Counted from the first letter of the stretch, positions 1 to 12,681 are shown. The stretch: DNA of 64,000 bases from an uncultured Bacteroidota bacterium (GCA_963700635.1 CAVOYH010000002.1:1-64000); one strand, 5' to 3'. Notes: generated by a model not told the origin, from the sequence alone. Numbers and translations: made by a program.

Positions 1-2
1 CT

Positions 3-428
3 ATTTCTGTTGTGGACGGAAAATTCGGGCTGTCGAGAAGCGGACCAATGGAGGGAGACCCTGTGAACCTCAATTGGATGATGATGGCAGATGACATCTT
101 CTACAGCGACTTTGCTTGCTGCACGCTCATGGGTATTAGCCCGTTTTCGGTACCTTATCTAAAGAAGATTTTTGAGATCGAAGGAATCGAATCTTTGGAT
201 GGAGTTCGCATGAATGCCCCCCTGCCCGGTTTCATGCCTACTGAGCCCTTCTACCTGAAGAGGAAATGGACAGATTATCCGGGTCTTTGGGCATTTCAGC
301 ACCGTTGGATCGCATACATCGCATACGATTCGCCCCTGGCAGGAATTCTCCATTGGATCCTATACCTATTTAGGCGCCCCTTTTATAACTACAAGGAACA
401 TCGATGTACGAATCAAGGAAACACCTGA
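3..428 (+). CDS. DUF362-like protein, C-terminal part (runs off window start)
   Basis: DG-x-FGL-x2-SGPM-x-G-x-PV motif followed by the D..D..C..LMG segment typical of DUF362 C-termini. Confidence 0.65.
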   Translation: MSVVDGKFGLSRSGPMEGDPVNLNWMMMADDIFYSDFACCTLMGISPFSVPYLKKIFEIEGIESLDGVRMNAPLPGFMPTEPFYLKRKWTDYPGLWAFQHRWIAYIAYDSPLAGILHWILYLFRRPFYNYKEHRCTNQGNT

Positions 429-1309
429 GCGAATATTTCCAAACTCAACTTGAATACGATCACAAAGAGGATCCACATCCACCAAACACACAGGCAGTCA
501 TTCAAAACCAACATCGCATGATTAGAGAGGCGGTACGATGCGAGGCACGGAGATTGCCCGTGCGATTTCTCGATGTTGGTTGTGGTTGGGGCGATTTTTC
601 GACCCAACTAGACATGGACCTCGCCGATTACGTCGGCGTTGAACCTTCTCTTAAAGAACTTCGCCGCTTTGCGCGAAAACCGATGCATTACCGTGTGAGA
701 GGGATCGGAGAGAATCTTGATTTTCTGAGAACGTCTTCTCGTTCTATCATTTTGCTTAACAGCGTGCTGGATCACTGTATAGATTGGCGGAGGACTTTCA
801 CAAACTGCAAACGTGTTCTATGTCCAGGCGGTATCCTTATTGTGTCGATGGAAAATCAAGACAAGCTCCCTACACGATTGCGGAAACTTTTCCGTCGAAA
901 GATTGTACATGAAGGGCATGTCACTTTTTTTTCCTTCTCCGAGTTCCAAGAGTTCCTGCGTGAGGAAGGGCTGGAGATTGAGCAGTCTGTGTCAATGGGC
1001 TTCTTGCATGGAATGCATCACGTGACGAAGCTCGTTCCACTTCCAGTGTGCTTACTTCGATCGGTCAACCGAGTGATGGATGCGTGGGCTCGCAGGATTC
1101 TTCCAACGCGGGGACATATCATGTTTTTTGTGGCGAGGAAGCCTTTTTCAGAATTTGATCAAGCAATTCTGGCGAGGCCCTTTCAGTGCATGGAGTGTAG
1201 TCGCCCGATTGACTTTGGAATGTCCCAGTGCCCCCAATGTGGTTCCCGACTCGGATACTTAGAGAAGGATATCCTCAACGCTCTTCCGGAAGAGAACCTT
1301 TTGGAGTAG
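404..1309 (+). CDS. Class I SAM-dependent methyltransferase with C-terminal zinc ribbon
   Basis: FLDVGCGWG SAM-binding motif, SVLDH and VLCPGG motifs; CMEC..CPQC at the C-terminus. Confidence 0.85.
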   Translation: MYESRKHLSEYFQTQLEYDHKEDPHPPNTQAVIQNQHRMIREAVRCEARRLPVRFLDVGCGWGDFSTQLDMDLADYVGVEPSLKELRRFARKPMHYRVRGIGENLDFLRTSSRSIILLNSVLDHCIDWRRTFTNCKRVLCPGGILIVSMENQDKLPTRLRKLFRRKIVHEGHVTFFSFSEFQEFLREEGLEIEQSVSMGFLHGMHHVTKLVPLPVCLLRSVNRVMDAWARRILPTRGHIMFFVARKPFSEFDQAILARPFQCMECSRPIDFGMSQCPQCGSRLGYLEKDILNALPEENLLE

Positions 1310-1337
1310 CGAGGGCCAAATGAAAGGTGTGGTTTGA

Positions 1338-4300
1338 ATGTTTGTAATTTCTGCAATTGTCCATTCTGTTGTCCCCCGCCTCGGTCTGCGTCCCTTATCT
1401 CCACGCTAGTTGGCCCCTTTGTCGAGGTGTTATTGAGTAGCCTCGTTGGCCTGTCTTTTGCCGCCTCATGTAACCGATGTCCAGATTGCGGAAAATGGCG
1501 GCGCAGGCAGATCGACTCAGATGTGCGTGGTGCCGGGTCTGTAAAGTTCGTATGTGGAGGAGGGGACTGCTTCTGGGGTTCTCTCCAATGCTCTGTATTT
1601 GCTTGCCTCTTCGCAGAATGAACCTATCCAGATCACGGTACAGGGATCGGATACGTCAATTGTCCAAGAAATCCCAGGACAGGTCGATTCTTGGAATACA
1701 CGTCGATTCTTCAAAGAAAGTGTCTTCCGAGATGGATCAGGTTTCGAAAAATAATCGCTCACTGTCTCTTGAGAATATCGGGACAGGTGATATCAAGAAT
1801 CCCATCGTAGAGATAGAGGGCAAACGGTTCATTTATTCAAAGGACGACCTTCTTCATCACGTCGATTTGAGCAATCTGAACTGCTTCGATGATACAGTAA
1901 AGACAGTCTTCTCGTTTCTCGCTGAGAACTACTATCACTGGTTTGTGAGTACCACCGGACCTTCCGTTCAGCAGCAAATCCGGCCCTTGCTTGCGTATAA
2001 TGCGTTCGGTGCCGGAGAATGCGAAAACGCGAATGAATTGTTTGCTGCGGCACTGCAGTCTTTGGGATACAAGACTAAGTGGATGACCTATTCGGATATT
2101 CATTCAGTTGGGATGGTTCTTGCTCCAGATGGGAGGGTCATTCCCCTCGACGTGGATGTCGGGGCCTTCTACACGGAGCGCAATTCCCATCTCCTGGCGA
2201 GTGTAGGAGCGCTGTACGAGGATCAGGATCTTGTCCGGCGAGTTCAGAATGGCATGTTCCCGGTGGCTGAGGGTACATTTGAATTCAATGACTTGTCGTA
2301 CATGTACAGTCCCCATGTCGCAAAGTCAGAGAGCCGGGATGTACCGGAAATGGACGAAACGGATCTGATCATCCGACCATATGAAAAGATCACATTCCAT
2401 TATGCTCAACCTGTAGGTGAGCATCAGCACTTCTTCCACATATATTGGACTGGACTCAGACCAGAACCTGCTCCCCCTCCAACTTCTTCGCTGGGCATTC
2501 AGGAGTATCGACCCAGGTTTAAAGCTGACTGGCTGACATCCATTGCTTTTGCGGAGAACGTCCGTATCGCGATTGCTGGGGAATCTTCGGTGCTCTCGTC
2601 ATTGGATTCGAGTAAGAGTAGTTCGGTGATAATCTCAATGCCCAATCCTTATGCAATCACCGGTGGAGCTGCTTTCCTTTCTTCGAACTGGAAGCACGAT
2701 TGAGCATCCCTCCGGCTCTCATGGATACATCCCAACGGCGAAGAGCTGCAAACTTGGCGATTGCTCCCTCCCTCCACTCTTGGTGCGCGGATAGATACCT
2801 TTGACTTCCGAGATGCGATAGGTGCCATAGGACATCCAATCATAAATTCGTACGACGTGAAAATCGAGTGGATTGGATGTACCCCTGATGCTGTGACAAT
2901 TGATTCTCTTTTGCTGCGGACAATCTTCCAACTGAATCCGAATGTCCTGCCGGCTCTTCGGGGGCGGAAACTGAAGACGATCCATATTGCAAGCGAGGAC
3001 GGAAGGCCTCTTGATGGATTGTTATACATCCATGAATACAAAGCGCTCTCTGGCTACGATTTCCCGGGAGTGGTAACATATCCACGAATCTTTCCCCCTG
3101 ACGGTGCTGGTGTCGAAGGCTCAGAGTTTGAGTTTGAATGGGAGCCGCCCACCGGATTCAACATCGAGCGGATAGGTGACTACCACGTCCAAGTTAGTAC
3201 TCGGTCTGATTTCAGATTTCCCGTGAGCTCTGCATTCAACAAGCATATCTCGACGACACCTTCAGCAAAGAAAGCCCGATGGAGAATCCCAACTCCCGGG
3301 TGTTTGCATCCCGGAGAACCCTATTACTGGCGAGTGGCCGTCCGATCGGTCGATGGAGACTGCAGTGCATGGAGCACACCGTGGACCTTCACGATCAATG
3401 CTCCAAGTGTTCCCATAAAGCCGCAAATTATGAGGGATGCCGACAGCCTCTTTGTCGTCTGGGAGAATGACGGCAGTGGGACGCTTCTGTAAGGTATGTA
3501 ATCTCGGCAGGTACGGTATCGGGATATTCCCCCGAAGAGGGTCTGAACATTGATACCATCTCGGTACCCAAATACTGTATTTCCTCGCGCGCGGGGACTT
3601 CGCCGTATCCTTTCTATCGGGTTATGGCCATTGATGCGAAGGGGTCGAGAAGTGGGTTTAGCGGCCCGCTAGATGTGTGGAAAGAACAGCTTCAATTCAA
3701 CCTCGCGACTCGAGGGAAGCGGGCCTACCTCCAGTTGGGGGATACTCTGCGATTCAATTTGCCGCCAATGGTCCGCCGTGAGCGATATCTTCAGTTCTTC
3801 CAATCCCCAATAGTGGAACGAAATGAAGAGATCAGGGTAGACCTGACTTGTGCCCCGAGCAATGTCCGGCGTGACGGAAACGGATTGACGGGCCAGGTCT
3901 TGAGTGTTGATGATTCAGTCGTGTCATTCACGGTATCGTTGGGGAAATGGAACAAAGCGCCGGAGCCTTTGTGGCCGGAGTTCCCGCTTGCGGACCACTA
4001 CTTCTATGCTCGTGATGAAACAACGAAAACCTACTCGATCTTGTTCAGGGTCAACTCACCTCCGGAGATCGTCGGGCTCTCCAACTCAGTCGTTCGCGTG
4101 CTTGAACCATTCAATAGTGAAATACTTGTTCACGATCGAAATTGGGATGATACAACGCACATCAAGATCCTATCGAATCCCGCATCGGCTCACGTTTGAC
4201 AGCTCCTCTAACCGTATCGCTGGCACCCCCCCCATCTCCAGTTTCGGGGATACGGTTCTGATCATTTCATGCACGGACATGTTTGGCGGCGAGACTGTCG

Positions 4301-6688
4301 ACACAATTGAAATCAGAGTTGGGATTGAAAACCATCTCCCTGTGTTCACGGCACTTCCAGATACTTCTGCGCTCGAGGATTCTCCGTATGTGGCGACAGT
4401 TGCAGCGTCGGACGTGGATAGTGTTCGGTACGGCGATTGCGTATCAATAATCTGCAAAACCTTGCCATCATGGCTCAGGTTCGTCCTCTACGACAACAAC
4501 GTCCAAGGTATTCCCGGAGCTGCGCACGTCGGTGACACTGTTATAGTGCTGTCCGCACATGATCTCTATGGTGGTACCGTCGAGCAAACCATTCGCTTTC
4601 GTGTGACGCACGCGAACCACCGTCCGACATTCTCTGGACACGTCGCGGGTGTTGCGATCGAAGACTCACGATATGAAGAAAGACTCATCGCCTCTGACGT
4701 TGACACCTTTCTGGGTGAACGCCTTCACTATTCACTCGGTGGAGCTCCGTCCTGGCTAAGCATCGACTCGACGACTGGGATTTTGTTCGGCACACCCCGG
4801 AGTCGGGATGTGGGGGCTCAGTCTCGATAACGGCGTCAGTCACCGACGACTCCGGCTCAAGTGATTCCCGGACATTCCCGTTGACAGTGCTCCACCGGAA
4901 TCACCCTCCAGTGTTCCACGCGGTCAACAATATGACTGCCACCGAGGATTCATCGCTTGCAATTTCCGTTTACGCCTCCGACCCTGACTCCGCCCTCTTC
5001 GGCGACCGGGTCCGGTACCGGCTGATCCCCGGGGCAACATGGCTGTCAGTGGATTCTCTGACCGGCCTACTTTCTGGCACCCCCCGCATCGCAGACCTCA
5101 ACGATACACTCTTTACCGTCATTGCGATCGACGACAGCGGCGCGACAGACATAGTAACGTTCAGCATTCCCGTTCTACACGTGAACCATCCGCCGATTTT
5201 TAGCTCGACACCGGTCGTGCACGCGGCCAAGCATCCCTGTATCGAATCAGGTCCACGCAACTGATGTCGATTCGCTGATCGGAGACCAACGCCACTACCG
5301 CCTTGTGCTGAGCCCCGGATGGCTGTCATTTGATTCGCAGTCCGGTCTGCTCTCCGGTTGGCCGAGCGCGATCTATGTTGGGCCGACTTCGGTGGTCGTG
5401 GCAGTAGCCGACGACAGTAGCGCGTCAGTGACACAACAGTTCATGCTCACGGTGGCCCACACGAATCATGCTCCAAAGTTCGCTGAATTCTCCCGCAAGC
5501 AGGGAGATGCAGTCGAGGATCAGCCGTTTATGGTGGAATTCCCGGCACTTGATATTGACACACATCCTCATGGCGACTCGCTTAGCTATTCACTCCTCGT
5601 ATCCCCATCCTGGCTGTCTCTCGACCCGGGAACTGGCACTGTGCGGGGAATACCTCGAGAAGGGGATATCGATACGCTGTTTGTTATCCGGGTGACCGAT
5701 GGAATTGACTGCGACACACTCACGATCCCGCTTGCGGTTCGGCCAGTGAATGATCCGCCTGTTTTCTCCGGAATCCCCCGGATTGAGTTACGAGAAGATT
5801 CCTCGGTGGTGTTGTCCCGTTCTCCATTTGTCTACGACCCGGATGACCTGCAATCGACTATGCACTGGCAGGTCGAAACGGAGGGTATTATCACTCAACT
5901 GGCGGCAATATCAGGTGAACCGGACGGCGGCGGAGTCGCTGAAATCCCTCCGAACGATCATTCGGACAATCTTGGTATCACTCTTGACACAACGGCAGCA
6001 TTGATCCGCATTTCGGCCCGGAACAACTTCTGGGGTCTCAACATCCCCATTATCGTGATTGTGCGCGATCAGGGCGGACTTTCGTGCTCGGATACCTTGT
6101 TCATCTCAGTGTTGCCTGTGAACGACCCACCTCGCGTCCTTACTCTTCCAGATTCGACGGCTCTTGCGGGAACCCCGTACGCCAGTCTTGTGCATGCTCA
6201 AGATGTGGATGACGGAGATGATGGTATCACGTTCACTCTATCCGGTTCGACATGGATGAGTATTGATTCGACCGGAAAGATCTCGGGTGTCCCATCCCGT
6301 GCGGGGATTGAAGAGATCCGACTGATCGTAAGCGACCCGTGGGGTGCGGGGGGGCACCGCCTTGTTCAAAATGGTTATCCACGATGTACCACGGGAGATC
6401 CCGTCCGAATACGTCCTTCTCCAGAACTATCCGAATCCGTTTAATCCCGCCACGACGCTTCGCTTTGGGTTGCCCGAGCCGAGCACGGTCCTGGTGGAAG
6501 TGTATAACATGATAGGTCAGCGTGTGGCCGAGCTTCTCAATTCTGAAATGCAGCCCGGTTATCACGAAATCCACTGGTCTCCCTCTAATTTGGCCAGTGG
6601 TGCATACATTGTCTTTTTTTCTACGAAAGGCCTCGTTTCAGCCAACCGCCAGGAACATTTCGTGAGAAAGGTTTCATATGTGAAATGA
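1338..6688 (+). pseudogene. Giant T9SS-secreted protein (transglutaminase-like domain, FN3, cadherin/He_PIG-like repeats, T9SS type A CTD), broken by many frameshifts; start uncertain
   Basis: Consecutive fragments 1554-1754, 1477-2703, 2761-3492, 3489-4199, 3904-4830, 4881-5264, 5305-6444 and 6344-6688 read as one protein; repeats like NHPPVF..A.ED..PSWLS.D..TG.L.GTP; ends LQNYPNPFNPATTLRFGLP..VYNMIGQRV..LASGAY. Confidence 0.8.
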
Positions 6689-6697
6689 CGAGTAGGG

Positions 6698-6726
6698 TTG
6701 CATTTCTCACTGCCAATCTCTACTTT
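6698..6726 (+). promoter_or_regulatory. sigma70-like promoter of the sugar transferase operon
   Basis: TTGCAT-17 bp-TACTTT, 64 bp upstream of ATG 6790. Confidence 0.5.
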
Positions 6727-6789
6727 TAATCACATTCTGCGGTTTCCAAGGGGAGGGGACCTCGGCCTGGTTATCCTGGGCCCTGATCA

Positions 6790-8230
6790 ATGTCTATGGC
6801 GCTACGAAAATCGTTTCTCCGAAGGAACTGGCGTACTCTTGTCGCCGCCGGCTCCCTCGGACTTGATGCCCTCATAATTGCGATCGCGTTTCTTTTCGCC
6901 GTTCGGGTGGACCACCCCGGTATTCCCCTCACGGCGCTCCCGGGCGAACATCCCGCAATCCTCCTGCTGATGCTCGGAGCCTTCCTCGGCTTCTTCACCA
7001 CACTGGGAGTCTACCGGACAACCGCTCAATCCTCGTTCTACCGGCAGGCCTACCTCGCAGGAAAAGGATACGTCTACAGCGTCGCCGTTATCCTGAGCGT
7101 GCTCTTTTTGCTCTACGGCGTCGAGATCTCGCGCGTCCTGCTCGTTTCATTCTTCACCGCCTATCCGTTCCTCTACCTTACGTTCTGGTTCTTTACACGC
7201 CTGATCCTCCGGCTCGTCCGCAAACGCGGCTATGGAAGCTGGAACACCCTCGCCATCGGTTCAAATCCCTATCTGGAAAGCCTGCTGAACCGGCTGGGAC
7301 GGTTTCCCGATCTGGGCTACGATGTCGTGAGTATCATTACCACCCCGTTCAGCGATAACGGCGACAGACGCCTTCACGTGGAGCGCTCAACCGTGGAACG
7401 TGTGGTGCAAGAAAAGGGGATCGAACTTATCACGTTCTCCACGTCACAATTAAACGGGTCGTATGAAGAACTGGAAGAACTCTGCAGACGCGAACGCGTC
7501 GGGATGCGCGTTATCTCGCCGGAAGCGGATTTTCTCTTCTCCAGAGCAGGCCTCCATGATATCGCGGGAATTTCAATCTACACGCCCGTAAGGCGGAAAA
7601 TGGACTTCATCAAGCGTACCGTCAAACGGGTTTTTGATATCGTCGTCTCTCTCTTGTGCATCCTCATTATGGCGCCCGTATTTCTTTCTGTGGCCCTTGC
7701 CACAAAGCTGGAATCCCGCGGACCGGTGTTCTTCAAACAAAGACGCTCGCTGGCCGACAACGACGAGCCGTTCGATTTTATCAAGTTCCGCAGCATGTAT
7801 CACGGTGCAGATGAACAGAAGGACACACTCTTCCACCACAACGAGGCGGACGGCGCCCTGTTCAAAATGCGCGCCGATCCCCGTATCACCAAAGTAGGAC
7901 GGTTTATACGCCGCTACAGCATCGATGAACTCCCGCAATTGTTTAATGTGCTTGTCGGAGACATGAGTCTCGTAGGCACCCCGACCCCTTCCCGTCTTTG
8001 ACTACAAGCGGATGAAGGAAGAAGACTCCCTGGGCGGATATTTCCGCCAGCGTGCAACTACCAAGCCGGGCATGACCGGCCTCTGGCAAATCTCCGGTCG
8101 TAGTGATATCGGCTTCAGGGAAATGGTCCTGCTCGATCTCTATTACATCGAAAATCAGTCCATCCTCTACGATTTCGAAATCCTCGCGCAAACCGTGCCG
8201 GTGGTTCTCTTCGGCAAAGGCGCCTACTAG
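6790..8230 (+). CDS. Undecaprenyl-phosphate sugar phosphotransferase (WcaJ-like priming glycosyltransferase), +1 frameshift near 7978
   Basis: TM N-terminus, KRVFDIV, FIKFRSM, DPRITKVGRFIRRYSIDELPQLFNVL; removing one A in GGCACCCCGA restores VGPRP and joins to KPGMTGLWQISGRS. Confidence 0.9.
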
Positions 8231-8310
8231 ACCCTCCCCGCCACGTTTTTGTTTCTCTTCACGATTTTGTGTATTATTGAATCAACCTTCACAAGCACTC
8301 CGGGAAACTC

Positions 8311-9622
8311 ATGAGACTCTCCGTCATCGGTACCGGCTACGTCGGCCTGGTGGTCGGCACCTGCTTTGCCGAAAGTGGCAATGATGTCATCTGCGTGGAT
8401 GTTGACGAACAGAAACTGAAGACCCTCCGCAAGGGACAGAGCCCGATCTATGAACCGGGTCTCACGGAATTTCTGAAGAAGAATATTGACGAAAAACGGC
8501 TCACCTTCACCTCCGATCTGGAGAGCGCAGTCAAAAAGACGGAAGTTATCTTCCTTGCGCTTCCGACCCCCCAGGCCGAAGACGGCTCTGCCGATCTCCA
8601 GCATGTGATCGCAGTGGCGGAGAAAATCGGGAAGTATTATGAATGGGTACAAGGTGATCGTCAACAAGAGCACCGTGCCCGTCGGAACAGGAGAGCGCGT
8701 CAGGGAGATTGTAGCCGGGGAAACAAAACACCCGTTTGACGTCGTCTCAAACCCCGAATTTTTGAAAGAAGGGGCCGCTGTGAATGACTTTATGAAGCCC
8801 GATCGCGTGGTGATCGGGTCGGACAGCCCCAAGGCAATCGGGATTATGCAGTATCTGTACGCCCCGTTCGTCCGGACCGGCAATCCGCTGGTCGTGATGG
8901 ATATGCTCAGTTCGGAACTCACAAAATATGCGTCGAATTCATTCCTGGCAACAAAGGTGTCGTTCATGAATGAGATCGCAAACCTGTGTGAACGGGTTGG
9001 TGCGGATGTGGATCTTGTCCGGAAGGGGATGGGTATGGACGCCCGTATCGGTATGCAGTTTCTCTTCGCCGGCGCCGGGTACGGTGGTTCATGCTTCCCG
9101 AAGGATGTATCGGCGCTGCTGAACACGGGAAGGACCTTTGAGTCTGAACTCCGGATCCTGGACGCCGTGGAATCGGTGAACCGCCGCCAGAAAATGGTCA
9201 TTGTGAACAAGATCAAGAAACATTTCGGGGCAAAGCTGAAAGGGAAGACCATCGCCCTGTGGGGACTGGCATTCAAACCGAACACGGATGATATGCGCGA
9301 AGCTCCTGCGCTCAGCATCATCGAGGCCCTGCTTCGCGAAGGCGTGAGCATACACGCGTTTGATCCCGCGGCAATGGAAGAAGCGAAACACCGGCTCGGG
9401 AAAAGTATAAAGTATTGCGAAAGTAACTACGATGCGGTCAAAGGCGCCGACGCCCTCGTAATCCTGACGGAATGGAATGAATTCCGCCGGCCGGATTTTG
9501 ACAGGGTTAAAACCCTCCTCCGCGAGGCAGTCGTGTTTGATGGCCGGAACATCTATGACCCGAAGGTGATGAAGGAAAAGGGATTTGTATACTATGGAAT
9601 AGGACGAGGGAACCAGCCATGA
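8311..9622 (+). CDS. ugd: UDP-glucose 6-dehydrogenase, +1 frameshift near 8638
   Basis: [47 protein letters not shown]; one extra T in AAGTATTATGAAT. Confidence 0.93.
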
Positions 9623-10572
9623 GCTCACCAACAGCACGCCATGCCGTGGTCACGGGCGGCGCGGGTTTTCTGGGTTCACATTTGTGCGAGCGACTGCTCA
9701 CAGAAGGATGCCGCGTCACTGCGATCGATAACCTGGTGACAGGAAGTGTTCAGAATATCGCCCACCTGGTGGGCAACGACCTCTTCCGGTTTATCAGACA
9801 TGATGTAACGGAGTATATGGTTATCGACGGTCCCGTGGACTATATTCTCCATTTCGCTTCGCCAGCCAGCCCGATCGACTACCTTAAACTTCCCATCCAG
9901 ACGCTCAAGGTCGGATCACTTGGAACACACAAAACCCTCGGCCTGGCCAAAGCCAAACACGCACGGTTTCTTCTGGCCTCGACGTCGGAAGTGTACGGCG
10001 ATCCGCTGATACACCCGCAACCGGAAAGTTATTGGGGGAATGTGAACCCGGTTGGACTGCGCGGCGTGTACGACGAAGCAAAACGATTCGCCGAGGCGAT
10101 GACGATGGCGTACCACCGGTACCACGGAGTCGAAACGCGAATCGTGCGCATCTTCAATACATTCGGTCCGCGTATGCGCATCCACGACGGCCGCGCTATT
10201 CCTGCGTTTCTCTCACAGGCACTTCGCGGTGAACCGGTAACGGTGTTCGGAGACGGAAGCCAGACGCGCAGCGTGTGCTACGTGGACGACCTTATCGAAG
10301 GCATCTACCGCCTCCTGCAATCCAGCGTCGTCGACCCGGTGAATATCGGCAACCGGGATGAAGTGACAATGCTGGAACTTGCGAAAGAGGTGATCCGCTT
10401 GACGGGGAGCAAGAGCAAGATCGTGCACAAGGAGCTCCCTGCTGACGATCCGAAGGTCCGCCAGCCGGACACCACCCGGGCGCAGACACTGTTGAAGTGG
10501 GAAGCACAGGTGAACCGGGAGGAAGGTCTGAAGAGAACTATCGAGTATTTCAAAACACAGATGGGCCTCTAG
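9619..10572 (+). CDS. UDP-glucuronate decarboxylase (UXS-like SDR)
   Basis: [44 protein letters not shown]. Confidence 0.92.
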   Translation: MSSPTARHAVVTGGAGFLGSHLCERLLTEGCRVTAIDNLVTGSVQNIAHLVGNDLFRFIRHDVTEYMVIDGPVDYILHFASPASPIDYLKLPIQTLKVGSLGTHKTLGLAKAKHARFLLASTSEVYGDPLIHPQPESYWGNVNPVGLRGVYDEAKRFAEAMTMAYHRYHGVETRIVRIFNTFGPRMRIHDGRAIPAFLSQALRGEPVTVFGDGSQTRSVCYVDDLIEGIYRLLQSSVVDPVNIGNRDEVTMLELAKEVIRLTGSKSKIVHKELPADDPKVRQPDTTRAQTLLKWEAQVNREEGLKRTIEYFKTQMGL

Positions 10573-10586
10573 CCAGGATACCAAAC

Positions 10587-11630
10587 ATGGAGGGAGGTAC
10601 TATCCGGCGTCCATCGGGCGGAAAAGATCGGCCAGACCCCTGCATTCCGCATTTCCGTCCCAGTTCTTCAGTGTGTTGCGTGATTGTTTTTCTTATTCTC
10701 TTGCTCCGGGTGCCGGTACCACTCTGCGCTCAGGAAACCTCCTCAGTTCTCACCTCCCGGGAATCCTCCCCGGTTCTCCCCGTCCGGGATTCCACATCAC
10801 TCAGCTCCACCCGGGCGGTACCCCCGGGCGAAACCTCACCCCCCAATCCCTACGCGGGATATACGCGGGAGAACATCTCACCGTTCCGCCACGGCTTCTC
10901 CGTCGGACTCGTCAGCGCCATCAGCCTGAGTATCGCAATTGATTCGTACTATACGTGGTGGCAGGACGCGAACAAGCCGTTCTCCTTCTATACCGAGGGG
11001 TGGTTCAACGGTCCGCACCAGGGGATTGACAAGGTGGGTCATTACTTCGGAACCTACGCCACCTCCAAGATCATCCGCAACATCATGCTGTGGGGTGGCC
11101 ACTCGCCGGAAGCGGCACTCTGGTGGGCCGCCGGGATCGCCGCATTCCATAGTCTCCAGATCGAAATCGGGGATGCATTCAGTCCGTACGGCTTCGATTA
11201 CCAGGACATGCTGATGGGTTTCCTCGGGGTCGGGTATATGATCCTCCAGACGGAGGTCCCTTTCATGAATAACTTCAATTTTAAAGTCAGCTACTGGTCT
11301 AAGACAGGCTTCACCTCTCCGGCTAACTTCGTGAGCGATTATGATGCCATGACAGTCTGGCTTTCGGCAAACATCCACAACCTGCTCCCGGAATCAATGG
11401 GCCCATACTGGCCTGAGTTCCTGCAGGTGGCTGTGGGGTACGGAGTAGGATGGAAGGAAGCACGCCGGGAATTCGTGATCGGGTTGGATTTTAATCTTGA
11501 GGCGTTTTCGCCGTGCACGGACAATGTGCTTCTCCTCCAGCGGATCTTTAACCTCGTGCACTACCCATCACCCACACTGAAGCTTACGACAGGGAAGGGA
11601 CCTCTGTGGTACGGGGCACATTTGAAATAG
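10587..11630 (+). CDS. DUF2279/YfiM-like periplasmic or outer-membrane protein (start may be ~10670)
   Basis: DKVGHYFGTY, EIGDAFS, DY..MTVWLS, WPEFLQVAVGYG motifs. Confidence 0.7.
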   Translation: MEGGTIRRPSGGKDRPDPCIPHFRPSSSVCCVIVFLILLLRVPVPLCAQETSSVLTSRESSPVLPVRDSTSLSSTRAVPPGETSPPNPYAGYTRENISPFRHGFSVGLVSAISLSIAIDSYYTWWQDANKPFSFYTEGWFNGPHQGIDKVGHYFGTYATSKIIRNIMLWGGHSPEAALWWAAGIAAFHSLQIEIGDAFSPYGFDYQDMLMGFLGVGYMILQTEVPFMNNFNFKVSYWSKTGFTSPANFVSDYDAMTVWLSANIHNLLPESMGPYWPEFLQVAVGYGVGWKEARREFVIGLDFNLEAFSPCTDNVLLLQRIFNLVHYPSPTLKLTTGKGPLWYGAHLK

Positions 11631-11679
11631 GATCAGGACCCCGGAGACATACAAACGAAACGAGGTCAGCCGGGGTGTC

Positions 11680-12543
11680 TCACCAGAAGTCGAACGCAAA
11701 TCCCGCCGATATTGCCTCCCGCCGCACGTTGTAGTACTCTCCAAAATTATCCCACCCGTTCTGATACACAAGAAACAGACGCGCGCCGCGGCCGGTCCAT
11801 GCCCCGAACTTGATTCCCGCTTCGATGGTGTTGCTTCCGATAATCGTCGGAGTGCCCATAAGGAAAAAGTGCGACGCGATGTACCCGTGCGTTGATCCCG
11901 GTGTGCGGAGCTCCCATCCGGCTATGGCAGTCCATTTCCGGATCTCTCTCGGCTTGACAATCGCGGAGTAGCTGAGCCCGGCATAGAGGCGCACGGGGTA
12001 CGCGCTGAGGTTGGATGAATATGCCCCTATGAGTTCGCCGTAGTTGCGTGAGAAAGGGAAAGGCACTCTGCCGTCACGCCATGATTGTGTGTCGTCATTG
12101 TAATGGCCATCCACCAGATGGGCGCTCAAGTGAAGTATTCTGAACCTGAAGCTCAGAGGCGAGCCGGTGTGATAACTGAAACCAAGGCCAAAAAAGCCGT
12201 CAGCTGCATCGATTTTCAGACGATAGCCCCGGTGGTCGTTGGCGAGAGCGTATGCAAAAAACAGGATGGACGCCCGTATGGTGTCCGTCCCCCTGACATA
12301 TTCGAGCGCATCCAGCGCGTTGCCGATGGCCACCTTCATCCGCGATGTACCGATCTCCTGCTGGATTCCTATCCGGGGCTCTTCGTGATTGGCGAAAAGG
12401 GGTGGAAAAAGTGTGTTAACCGGAAACCAGCTGACGCGGGAAGAGTCCGGCCCGGAAATAGACGCGGCCGGGAAGATGCCGGAGGCAAAGAGAGCGAGCA
12501 AGAAGACGGTGTAGATCGATGTGCGTGTGGATCGTCGTTTCAT
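11680..12543 (-). CDS. DUF1207-like outer-membrane beta-barrel protein
   Basis: Signal peptide, LFPPLFAN..EPR, RFRILHLSAHLVDG, aromatic C-terminus FAFDFW. Confidence 0.65.
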   Translation of the reverse strand: MKRRSTRTSIYTVFLLALFASGIFPAASISGPDSSRVSWFPVNTLFPPLFANHEEPRIGIQQEIGTSRMKVAIGNALDALEYVRGTDTIRASILFFAYALANDHRGYRLKIDAADGFFGLGFSYHTGSPLSFRFRILHLSAHLVDGHYNDDTQSWRDGRVPFPFSRNYGELIGAYSSNLSAYPVRLYAGLSYSAIVKPREIRKWTAIAGWELRTPGSTHGYIASHFFLMGTPTIIGSNTIEAGIKFGAWTGRGARLFLVYQNGWDNFGEYYNVRREAISAGFAFDFW

Positions 12544-12621
12544 GGTCTTGAGGTTATTCGTGAGTGGTCAGTAAGGTAGCAAAATGACGGGTACTTGTGC
12601 AAGGGCGCGGGTGCCCGGCGT

Positions 12622-12650
12622 TTGACCTTTAAACTCGAATCCAGTACCAT
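12622..12650 (+). promoter_or_regulatory. sigma70-like promoter
   Basis: TTGACC-17 bp-TACCAT in the divergent intergenic region. Confidence 0.55.
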
Positions 12651-12681
12651 TAAGGCACACGGGGGCTCAAAAAGACACGCT

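Noticed and set aside
2701-2703. In-frame TGA as selenocysteine or readthrough
   Set aside because: The gene has many other breaks, there is no redox motif at this position, and two nearby compensating indels explain it equally well.
8227-9351. Long antisense ORFs (e.g. 374 aa opposite ugd; others at 38182, 53131, 54929)
   Set aside because: Shadow ORFs of well-supported GC-rich genes, with no recognisable motifs.
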